Source of the DNA: Lingula anatina
Lineage: Eukaryota > Animalia > Brachiopoda
Direction of reading: 5' to 3'
Length of the DNA: 64,000 nucleotides
NCBI GenBank assembly: GCA_051362555.1
Contig: JBPQGU010000016.1
Location: 5,766,001 to 5,830,000, forward strand
The notes beneath the pieces are model-generated. The model saw only the letters and a program-made list of their open reading frames with translations, did no database searches and was not told the origin of the DNA. The position numbers and the translations under genes are program-made. Numbering within the stretch: the stretch's first letter is position 1; every line of letters begins with the position of its first letter. Below are positions 51,648 through 62,445 of the stretch, one piece after another.

Positions 51648-52184
51648 TTAGTCACGGCTACCTAAAATGACATCAGTGGTATTGAACTCTTGATGGTACC
51701 AATAGAGCTCGTATGCACTCATAAATTCCTCCGCATCAAGGACGCCATTAGCGTTCTGATCAATTACATCAAAAATTGGTTGAATCTCAGCTGTGTTGCG
51801 AAAAACAAAAAGGAATTTGGAATACTCATCTACTGTCCACTTGCCATCACAGTCGATATCAAACGTGCCAAACATATCTGATGAGATTTCAGCGATCTCC
51901 TCTGTTGAAATAGGAATGTCTATCTCGGACTCTTGAAGAAATTCTTCCAATGTAATGTTTGTTTTATAGTTTGTGTATTTGTTTGACCACCAGACCTTAA
52001 AGGCATTGGAAAACATACCATTCACTGCCATAGCTCTCCAAGACGGCAGAACTTTTTGAGCTCGTTTTGTTGTTAAACCATCATGTTCTTCTTCAGTAAC
52101 GATGCCATCTTCATCAACGTCAATGATATCAAAGAATGCTTTGTACTTGGTAACCCAGTAGGAACTAAACTTTCGGTTGGTGTT
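51648..52184 (-). CDS. EF-hand protein copy 1, main coding exon (SCP/aequorin/calexcitin fold)
   Basis: Acceptor ATATTTTAG (phase 0); NTNRKFSSYWVTKYKAFFDIIDVDEDGIVTEEEH...TDVILGSRD*. EF loops DVDEDGIVTEEE, DIDCDGKWTVDE and DQNANGVLDAEE, with a degenerate EF2. Confidence 0.9.
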   Translation of the reverse strand, partial: NTNRKFSSYWVTKYKAFFDIIDVDEDGIVTEEEHDGLTTKRAQKVLPSWRAMAVNGMFSNAFKVWWSNKYTNYKTNITLEEFLQESEIDIPISTEEIAEISSDMFGTFDIDCDGKWTVDEYSKFLFVFRNTAEIQPIFDVIDQNANGVLDAEEFMSAYELYWYHQEFNTTDVILGSRD

Positions 52185-52641
52185 CTAAAATATGACGAAG
52201 AAATGACCCGTCTTTCATATTAGGAGGTGATCTCTGGCTAGGATTTATATATCATATTTTGCAGGTGTATTATTTGTTTTAGATATGACATTTTCTTGCA
52301 TGTATTTTGTTTGAATATTTGAAATCTATTTTTGAATTGGGTTTAAAATGGATATACAGTATGAGATGCTGTAATTGTTTTGAACAGGTGTATTATTTTT
52401 CTTAGAAATGAGATTGATTATGCCAAATAAATATTGGTTTTATGAAAAATTGGTTTTATGAAAAATATGTTGAGTTACCATCCAAGAAAAACTTATTTAG
52501 TGAGGTTAAACACGCTAAAAGGTTACAGACCAGCAGAAAATTCCACCCCAACTCCCTGTACTTAAGAAACATATACTGCCTGCCTGATAATATCTGTCTT
52601 AGCTTGTTTAACTAAACCGGTGAACACTTTTCTGGACCTAC

Positions 52642-52716
52642 CTTCAAAATACTTGAAGAATCAACAGCTTGTACAGCAACCAGTAGGAGCAGAGTTATCA
52701 GCTTAATGGATGCCAT
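52642..52716 (-). CDS. EF-hand protein copy 1, signal-peptide exon (not in ORF track)
   Basis: ATAATGG start; MASIKLITLLLLVAVQAVDSSSILK|GTAGGT (phase 0) joins the 52184 exon to give 203 aa. The exon acceptor puts the exon start at 52744. Confidence 0.85.
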
Positions 52717-53226
52717 TATTTTAAAGTTTGACTTGCCAAGATTTCTAAAACAAGGGAATCAACAGAAACAAAAAGTAAACAATCAGTATGAAATATAAAC
52801 TATAATTAAGTCCATTTTTAAAAGAAATAGGGTTCTCTTTTACACCTAATTACATCTTCCACAAATATTTAACACACTTATAAGTAATAATAATAATAAT
52901 AATAATAATGATAAGAAGTATAATGCATTTATTATAACTCAAATCACTTGAGTTGTACATTTAAAAGTGGAGAATTCCTAGCTGATATTAAATATTTATG
53001 CCTGGTCTTTATGGATCTGTTCAGTCATGAATCGGTCTTATCTCAGTTGGGAAAATACAAAGCAATGTGGCTCTACAAAGCTGTTACACATGTAGCTCTA
53101 CGATGTATCGACTACAATCAAAGCACTACTACATGTATCGAGAAGAGACAAAGCTAGGGTGCCATTTTCATTATAGATATAATGATAAAATATCCCCCAA
53201 ATGTTATTGAACAGTCCATGCCTTAC

Positions 53227-53311
53227 CAGTTTTCTGTCCTACAGTTCTTAGGAGATTTAATTGTTCCTTGACTGATGGATGGAGTTTCAAGGAGCGTGGT
53301 TTATTTAAATA
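53227..53311 (-). promoter_or_regulatory. Putative core promoter and non-coding exon 1 of EF-hand copy 1
   Basis: On the minus strand: TATTTAAATAAA (53311-53300), Inr-like TCAGTC (53275-53270), and donor CTG|GTAAGG after 53227. Confidence 0.6.
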
Positions 53312-55193
53312 CAATATATTCCAGATAAAGTTGCTTCATCACGTACGCGTGTCCCCTATTCCTCATGTTATCAATCCTATTTTACCAGCAGGTTTCAAAG
53401 CCCACCTTTATGTAATAAAATGTAAGCGCCAAACTACATGTTCATATGGGCCGAGGCCGAGTGTGCTGAGACCAAGATGTCCGCCAGTTGATTTGTAGCT
53501 GCGGTGCACAGTATAAGCCTTCACTGCAGAATTGGTGCTCCATATTGCGGTCTCTCCCCTCTAAGCGGTTAGGTAAAAAAAAAAAAAAGGCAGATCATTG
53601 TCTATGGTGCACAGGTAGCACTTGCTGCGGAAACCATGCTGACTATTACAATCCCAGTGTGCGAGGAGGCCAATATGGTTGCCAATCATTGTTTGCAATT
53701 TAATATCCTAGGCTGGGGAACAGATTTAAGACATCAAGGTGTCTCACCTTGCTGTAGAATGGACAGAGTTTGAATTTATTTTATTTAAAAAAAAAAGAAA
53801 GGAAAAAAAAAAAAAAACGATTCTGGCAACTAGCAATGTAGTGTTTTTTTTTAAACATGAACCTGGCAACTAAAAACTATAGGGTCTTTTTTCCAATACG
53901 ATTCTGATGCTGAGGATCGTTTAATCATTTTTGTGGGGGGAAAAAGGAGTGGATGGAGGAAAGAGCAACTGCCAATTGATGTCTACCACAACCAGGTCAC
54001 TTTCACCTTGGAAGGCAGGCTGTGAATTATGGTCTCTTGATGGGAGGCCAAAATGACCAACGATTGATGTCAACAGCCCACAGGTAGCCTTCACCACGTA
54101 AGCTGGGCAGGGTGTTGCTGTCTCTCCTCCCAATATACTGACAACTAGATGATCACCTATTGATGTCCCCTGCCTTGAGGGAAGCTTGAGTGTCTCTTTG
54201 TTGTTTGGGATATAATTTTTTATTTTATTGAATTTTAAAAAATGATTCTGGTCCCCGAAACCAGTGTTTTTTTTTATTCTGGCAACAAGAAACCAGTACC
54301 AGTTTTTGAAAAAAATGAACCTTGCTACTAGAAACTATTTTTGTTTTTGAAAAATGATCCTCGCAACCAGAAAATTGTGTGGTTTTTCATGAAAATTCTG
54401 ACAAAAATCTGGCTAGTATTATGTATGTGTATGTGTGTGTGTTCGTTTATGTGTGTGCATGTGTGTGTAGGGGGGGGGGGGAGGGGGGGGAAGAGAGAGG
54501 GGTGGGGGATTCCAAGGTCGTGTACACTAAGCAACCAGAAAATAGTATTGTTCTTCAAAAATTGACCAGTGTCACTTTTTCTAAAAAGCAATTATCGTTA
54601 TCAGGAAGAAGTGGTCTTCAAAATATTATGAAAAGAAAACTAATTAAAGATTTCATCCAACTGCTACCCTACAGGATTTTCTGGACCCAACCAAACTTTT
54701 TTTTAAATTTATTTTTATTTTATTTCATTTTATTTTATTTTTTTATTTTTTATTTTTTTTATTTCGGCTTTTTCCTTTCACAGGTGTCGAGCAAAGAGTA
54801 AACAATACCTATGAGAAGTTCAATCACTGAGCTAAAATGTAGCAAAAATGTTGCTAAAACATGCCAAACAGTTACAAGTGTTGCATAGGGTAAACAGTGT
54901 ATCAGTGTAAGAGATTCAATAACTTTGTTAGCATGTTGGTAAAATCATGCCAACGAGTTGCACTCTTTGCCTAGCCAGGTCAGCCCCAATCTTTGCTAAA
55001 CTTTTTCACAAACAACAAAAAGCACACTCCCTCAGTCTCCCTATTACCTCCCCATTCCCATCCCTTCCCCCACACAATCAAATGATTCTTGCAACTAAGT
55101 GTCAGAAATGTTTATTTCTTAATACAACATTAGTTTTTTGTTGCCAGAATTGTTTTTTAAATAGAATTAATTCCACCTACAGCAAAGCAAGAC

Positions 55194-55352
55194 GGGGCCG
55201 TAGCAATAGTCCGAAGGTTCATTGGTCCAAATGTTCACTAATGAACCATCGGACCAATGAACCCTTGATTAAAAAAACGATGAAAAAGTTACCATTTTTC
55301 GGACCAATGAACCTTCGGACCAATGATCCTTTGGTCTATTGAGACGACCCCC
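55194..55352. mobile_element. Short MITE with GGACCAATGAACC sub-repeats, perfect 8-bp TSD
   Basis: AGCAAGAC at 55186-93 and 55353-60; GGGG...CCCC termini with AATAG.CC inverted match. Confidence 0.8.
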
Positions 55353-55877
55353 AGCAAGACATGGGCAGGACCCCCCTGACACCCCTCTCCCAAATCTGCC
55401 CCTGTAGTGTCAGAACTGATTTTGTCAAATGACACTAGTTTCTGGTTGCCATAATTTTTTTTTTTTTTATTTTTAATAATTGTTTTTTCTTCTGTCCACT
55501 CCGTTTTCTCTCTGCAAAAACATTATGGGTGTTATTCTTATTTTGAGAGAAACACATATCAAACAGGATTTGTTTTATTCCATATATGATATACACTAGC
55601 AGCTGGAATGAGTAAAGACAATAATAAAAATCTAACTGCAGGAATACCTCTCGATATTTTTACCATGACACTATTTCAAAGGAAACTGTAAAGCATGGAA
55701 AAACAAGTAAGTGTGTGATATTTTGTGAAATTTGTCTTTGTAAGGAATCGCCATTGTTTAACATATGGTAGCCAATGGGTATCTCAAGCACCACATGACT
55801 AAAATGCAGTCAGATGGGAAGAAGAAACAGTAAAGCAGCAGTCAGTAACATGCTACAATTAGTCATTGCCAACATCA

Positions 55878-56414
55878 TTAGGCACGGCTACCAAAAATGA
55901 TATCAGTGGTGCTGAACTCTTGATGGTACCAGAAGAGGTAGTATGCACTAACAAATTCCTTTGCATCAAGGACGCCATTTGCATTCTGATCAATTGCATC
56001 AAAAATTGGTTGAATCTCAGCTGTGTTGCGGTGAACAAACAGAAATTTGGAATACTCATCTACTGTCAACGTGCTATCGCAGTCAATATCAAATGTGCCA
56101 AACATATTTGATGAGATTTCAGCGGCCTCCTCCGTTGAAATAAAAATATCCACCTCAATCTCTTGAAGAAATTCTTCGAATGTAATATTTGTTTTATAGT
56201 TTGTGTATTTGTTTGACCACCAGACTTGAAAGGCATTTGAAAACATACCATTCACTGCCATAGCTCTCCAAGAAGGCAGAACTTTTCTAGCTCGTTTTGT
56301 TGTTAAACCAACATATTCTTCCATCGTAACGATGCCATCTTCATCAACGTCAATGATATCAAAGAAAGCTTTGTACTTTGTAATCCAGTAGGAACTTAAG
56401 TTTCGGTTGGTGTT
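55878..56414 (-). CDS. EF-hand protein copy 2, main coding exon (paralog of 51648-52184); signal exon not found in window
   Basis: Same 537-nt length and acceptor as copy 1; NTNRNLSSYWITKYKAFFDIIDVDEDGIVTMEEY...TDIIFGSRA*; open frame. The EF3 loop reads DIDCDSTLTVDE. Confidence 0.85.
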   Translation of the reverse strand, partial: NTNRNLSSYWITKYKAFFDIIDVDEDGIVTMEEYVGLTTKRARKVLPSWRAMAVNGMFSNAFQVWWSNKYTNYKTNITFEEFLQEIEVDIFISTEEAAEISSNMFGTFDIDCDSTLTVDEYSKFLFVHRNTAEIQPIFDAIDQNANGVLDAKEFVSAYYLFWYHQEFSTTDIIFGSRA

Positions 56415-56484
56415 CTAAAATATGAAGAAATGATCATTTATTGGCTGGACATGTCTGTCTTTCACATAAGGAGAGGATATCTCT

Positions 56485-56838
56485 CAGACATGCTGAAACT
56501 CTCGGTCCAATCAGTCATGACAGACAGAATTTGTCTGGACTAGCTGGTTAAAAAATTGGACATGGTCAGTCCAAAGGACCGGTCGATAAGAGTTTTAAGA
56601 GCTGCCATTTTTAATATACAGTCATCATTTGACATATTTCACTAATATAAAACCCAAAGTGTTTTCCCTTCTATTTCTAACTGATCACATTCACAAACAA
56701 AGTAATCTACTTAATCGTAGTATCCATCTCAAATGAATAGGATGATTTTTGGCCTGGCAAAAATCCACACGGCTCGGCAAATTTTTCACTACTGCCGGCC
56801 CAATATACGGCCCTTCTGAAAGGTTTTCAGCATGTCTG
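56485..56838. mobile_element. 354-bp MITE with perfect 14-bp TIR in intron of EF-hand copy 2
   Basis: CAGACATGCTGAAA at both ends (inverted), with flanks ATCTCT and ACCTCT. Absent from the paralogous intron (GGTGATCTCTGGCTAG at ~52226). Confidence 0.85.
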
Positions 56839-57182
56839 ACCTCTGGCTAGAATTTATATATCATATTTTGCAGGTGTATAATTTGTTTTCAGTATTCTAT
56901 CTTCTTGCATGTATTTTGTTTAAATATTTGAAAAATATTTTTGAATAGGGTTTAAAATAAACATGCAGTATGAGATGCTGTAATTGTTTTGAACAGGTGT
57001 ATTATTTTTCTTAGAAATGACATTGATTATGCCAAATAAATATTGGCTTTTTTCTTTTTTGTTTATAAACATGTTGAGTCACCATCCAAGAAAAAATAGC
57101 ATTCTCTTATTCAATGAAGTGAAACACTAAAAGGTTACAGACCAGCAGAAAATTCCACCCAAACTCTCTGCACTTAAATTAA

Positions 57183-60100
57183 AGGATTTGAGACACATAA
57201 AAATCGATTTCTCGAATTCTGAAGATTCAGCACTCAATCTATACACCAGAGGTATGTTTTAATTGATCCCCGCTATTTAAAAATTATAAAAACAATCTGT
57301 TAGTAGAAAAAAAGCGTTTTAGTAAACCTTACCTCAATATGCATAAATGAAGCAACAGATCTGGGTCATGTGGTACTGTGACGACAATAGTCGAGTTGCC
57401 ACTCCCATAGGCCCAATAGTCGAACCCTGCAATGTTCTTTCCTGTAAACTTTTTTTGCTGAAATGCATTCTTCAGGTAGAGAGAAGCAAAATTAGCTTGG
57501 TTGCTATTTCCGAGACCTTGAGCTTTTTTCAATATGGCCGTCAATTTATGAGGAAAAATAGAAAAACGACCAGAAGTCGCCGGGTAAACTTTATTGACAC
57601 CTTTTTTGAACGTGTATCCTATCAGGAGAGCACAACAGTACTAGTGAATACGCTTAATCGCATACCACTTAGCAAAAAAACCAAAATGGCCATCAAAACA
57701 TAAGGCAGAAGATGATAAAAGCTGCAGAATCAGTTTGTTTTTTGCATATTTAGTTTTATTAAAACCATATCCCCTTTTAATATTTATGTTAATTATAATA
57801 TTTTGTTAGTCATGATCTTAAACTCTTGGAATCACCTTATCTGACAATTCAATAACCCCCCAAGAGTCTGTTTGCTACTTCCCTTGGTCCCATAGTCAAA
57901 TACTTAGAATGTTATTCCCTGAAATTTTTAAAAGAATTTAATACTTGGGGGGTATAAAAGCCAATTTGATTTGGGCTTTCTTGGCAGTGGCTACATACAG
58001 AACATTGATCAATTTTCAAAATTCAAGATGGCCGTCAATGATATAAGAAATATATTATAATATCATTATATAATAAATAAATAATTATGTAACATAGCAA
58101 AGAGTCGGGTTTAAAGTGCATGGTGTTCTGCATTTCAAATGACCGCTAAAACATGCCCAAAAAGGTAAAAAAAATTAGTTAAATTACGCTTTAAACTGAT
58201 AATTCGGCGTATAATATATATCAAACCCTTTTATTTATTGACAAAGTGTACTTGAAAGGTACAGTTAAACTAAGACTCTATAAAAGAGGATCATTGATAA
58301 TGCTGACCATTATGTAAGTTCTCTTTTTAATACAGTCTCAATCTGATGAAAAGTTCATCAAGGGCCAACAGGAGGTTCTGCAGGAATTTGGGCACAGGGA
58401 GTCCAAAATCTTTTGGTTATATACTGACAACCATTAAAAACTTTCAGGCCATATTCTTCGAAATAATTGTTATTTTGAAGCACTAAACTGGATTATTTTC
58501 ATATGAATCATTTCTTTAGGACATTGGTAGACAGAACCATAAAATCTTAAGTTTCATGAATAGTTTCAAAACAAAAATGGCACCAGCCCAACACAAAGTT
58601 ACAACAGTCAATAGCCGATACGATCTCTGCTTGCTTCGATGCAGGCGGCGATCTGTTGGCGCATGCTCGGACAATAAGTGTGGATGGGATGGTGTCGTGC
58701 GAAATCCTATTCCAGCCTTGTCATAGTGCCTGGATCAGCTGCTGCCTTGGCCAACGGACGGCCAAGATATATGTAGTACCACAAGTGTTTAATCGGATTC
58801 ATATCCGGAGAATAGACAGGCCAGGGTAGGACATCCACCCTTGGGACTCCAGATGCACTTGGATCATTTGTGCCGAATGTGAACGGGTCTTGTCCTGTTG
58901 GGTAACGGTGGTATCAGTTTTCTGCTGCATGAACGAGGTCATGTGGCTTTGCAGAATCTGATCTATGTAGTGACAAGCACTTACTGGTATGTTGCCATCA
59001 ACGATCACCATCGGTTGACCCCCAGCAAGTGTCGACGCACAGAGGGACTGCTGCTCCGGTTGGCGAAATTGGTCCCGCAGCTGATGCAACTTGATGTAGC
59101 GATCCTGGTCTGGAGTTGAGACTCTCTCGCCCAGGCTGCGGTATATAGCTAACAGAGCCTGGCATGTTGTGGCATTCAACCAGGTTCCTGATTGTGGGGT
59201 GGGAACAGCCCCTACATTGTAGCTCAAATCAGACTCCCCTCACACCCAGTGCCCAGAGATGTACGTTGTTCACATGATAGACATGGCATGATTCCGTTCA
59301 CTGGACTAACAACATTGGTGGCCTTTTTTGGGCCTTTATAGGCCTCCAAAACCAATCCTCAAAATGTGCAGGTGCCCACTGAGTATTGCTCAATGTGTAT
59401 TTGGTCCATTTTTGCAAAAAAAAAAAAGGCTTACCCATGTGCAATGAACCATGTCAACATTACAACTCATCATTATTTTAACTACCCGAGCACTAAGTCA
59501 TCAATAAATCCACAATGAATAATTACATCTACCCTACAAGTATAAAAATGCATACATTCCTGTCTCAAAGCTTCCATTATCTGTAAGTATAAATTGGCAA
59601 AAACAACATTTCAAATACATGATGTCGATGGGTAGCCCTCGCATACCCCCGAACCATGTCACGTTGTCAAGAATAGCTGACCTCATGGGCCCTTACCGCT
59701 GGATTTGTATACCCCTGCTTGGATCTTGATTATTTATAATAAAATTCATTATTAAACAACAAAAATGCCTTAGGTGTTAAAATATTAAAAAAGTTTACAA
59801 AAAGAAAAAAAAAGGATTAGAATAATCAAACCTGAAGAAAAACTATTTGACGCATTTTTTTATTTCAAAATCATTTAGTTTACACATACTAGAATGATAA
59901 TGCCTTTCATTAAATCATCCACGATGTAATTTTTGATTTAGAATGAAAAACTAGTTGTCAGGACTGAGATATCCGCAATCAGTGTTTGGTTTGATCATAG
60001 AGTAGCATTGACGGACATATTGGTTTTCGTTTTTCGTATCATTTAACCTTTTATTGTGTGCTATGTTTTGAACGCAGGTATATCGGTTTTTTCTTTATAT

Positions 60101-60985
60101 ATGTATTTATATTTGTTCCAGTTAAAGTCTATTTCAGTTAAAAGCCTTGTAGTTTTACAGTTGTTTCTTTGCCCTTCCAATATGTTTTGGAGGCCATTTT
60201 TATTAAAATAACTTGCAAAAATGAAATAAATGATCGCACTTTGCATGTATATAAACATAAATATGCATTGATGAACAATGAAGTGAAGCATCAATTTTTT
60301 TATTTGAATGTATGGCTCTTCATATAACAAATTGACGGCCATCTTGAATTTTGAAAAAATATCAATATCTTGTATGTATCATCTGGCAAATAAAGTCAAG
60401 TTTATAAGCTTCTGTAAGTTTTGTAACCCAGATGAAATGATTTCTTTTTAAAAAGCTTGTAACATATAACAAAGCAAGCTTTGACTATGGGGCTCGTCGG
60501 AGTGGCAAATGGACTCTCAGGAGATGGCACCGTCTGCCACCATCTGATTGATGTCAAATAAGCAGTTTCTTAGGGTCATGACTAACAAATTATCATCATG
60601 GATGTAAATAGAAAAGGCAGATATGTTTTTAATAAGACTAAATTTCCAAAAAACGAACTTATTTTGCAGCTTTTTTCACATTCTGCCGTATGTTTTGACG
60701 GCCATTTTGGTTTTTTTGCTATATGTAACTGGCTTAACTGTATTCACTAGTACTGTTGTGCTCTCCTGATCGGATACACGTTTAAAAAAGCTGTCAATGA
60801 AGTTTACCCGGTGACTTCTGCTCGTTTTTCTATTTTTTGTCATAAATTGACGGCCATATTGAAAAATGCTCAGTGTCTCGGAAATAGCAACCAAGCTAAT
60901 TTTGCTTCTCTCAACCTAAAGAATGCATTTCAGCTAAAAAAGTTTACAGGAAAAAACATTGCAGGGTTAGCGTTCTGGCTACTCG
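57183..60985. mobile_element. Large foldback/TTAA-type DNA element with long inverted arms
   Basis: Homology to the copy-1 intron stops at TTAA 57174-77. Arms ~57420-58040 and ~60335-60970 are diverged reverse complements, also visible as the mirrored ORFs 57347+ and 60676-. Confidence 0.7.
58600..59290 (-). mobile_element. Highly decayed Tc1 transposase remnant nested in the foldback element
   Basis: QQDKTRSHSAQMIQVHLESQG resembles QQDNARPHTA, followed after a frameshift by a WP..SPDMNPIKHLW-like segment. Confidence 0.65.
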
Positions 60986-61379
60986 ACTACAATGAGGATA
61001 AAGGTCTATGAGACTCAACTGAGCTGCATGGTGCATACAGACAGAGAAGCTTAGTAAAGTTGTGTTGAACGGGGTTGAGCAATTTTCGTTATCTCTCAGT
61101 GTGTTGCCATGGGATCTCCAAAATTGCAGCACTCGTTGACAATCTTTTCTTTGTCTGTGATGGTCTTCTATGACTTACTAACTTTGGTGACAATAGTTGC
61201 GATGCTCGAGATCATGGTCACCTCAGGTGGTTTAGATCATATCAAAAGCTGATAGTCTTTCACATTAACTGTCATCAGTTGGCAAGCTTGCTAATTGTTG
61301 ATGCATTTTAAATGCATTGTAGTTGACCAAGAGCTCGTTAACAATAAAACCTGTTAATTATGCACTGCTGCACTTCCCA

Positions 61380-62445
61380 AGCCAGGTAATAACAGGTATC
61401 AAACTCGTCTTGGTGGGCTTTCATATTTTTCAATATATCTCATTTATTTCATGGGGTTATTTTATTGGTATTTGTAAATGACGTTAAATATCAATATTTA
61501 AACAATTGAGTTCAAACACAGTCGCGAACATTAATAAAAGTAATTGCTCTCAGGGTATCTTGAAGCATGCGTGTGCCCAGGCATTACTTCCGTGGAAGAA
61601 AATGTGTTGAGGAAAAACAGGAAAAAGAGCGGTATGTTAAAGAAAAATGGGAACTGCTGTAATAAAATGGTTCGTAATCATAATTCGTTTATGCTTTGAG
61701 GATTTGTTTCTGAAGGTTACTTCATCTGAAATATTAAATAATTTAAAAGATTTATCATTTTATAACTTGAAACAGAAGTTCTGCGTCTGTACTCAAAATT
61801 TTTTTGCAAATTTGTAAGCTTTGTCAAACCCCAAAACATGTAGCAGATCAAGGTAAAAGAGCATTGTTTGCTACTAGTAGCTTGGAAAAAATCATTACTT
61901 TAATGTGTTTTCTAAATGTGCAGTTTTACGTACGTTACTATTTTTTAAATTATGCATGGAGATTTAACCTGGTAAGGGATATAAGAAAGGCACATATGGA
62001 TTTTTTAAAAGAATGTTGGGTGTAAAAAAGAGCACTTCTGATAACTTAGTTCATTGTACATAACTTAGTATATTATGAAAAGCGGGAGATACCCAGTTCT
62101 TTTAAGTATGAAGCTACAATTTTTTTAATATTGATTTAAATCCCCTCTTCGAAAAATTGTATTATAACAGTCTGCTATAAAGATCTACTCAAGAAAAAAA
62201 TTTGCTTGGGTAAAATTGAGTACGGAATGAACTGGAGACACTTGGCTTGTCATTAAGATTAGATTTCACGAAAATATGTCAGATAACTTTATACTGTCCT
62301 TGAAAGAGTAAAGATTGAAAAATAATTTTAGACAAAGATTTATTAAAAGGCTATTGCACCAAAATCTTGTTGAAAATTTTACACTGCAATTCTATTTAAA
62401 TATGCTTAGGAACTAATTGCCAAATTTAGACTTTCATCACATAAC
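61380..62445 (+). mobile_element. Decayed non-LTR retrotransposon (LINE) ORF2 C-terminal remnant
   Basis: Plus-strand pieces resembling H..F.K..LGVKKST..NLV..E.GRYP (~61990-62095) and IAKFRLSSHN (~62416-62445). Confidence 0.6.

Noticed and set aside
51648-56414. Calling the EF-hand genes functional photoproteins
   Set aside because: The fold is similar, but the His and Tyr residues that stabilise peroxy-coelenterazine are replaced, and nothing indicates luminescence.
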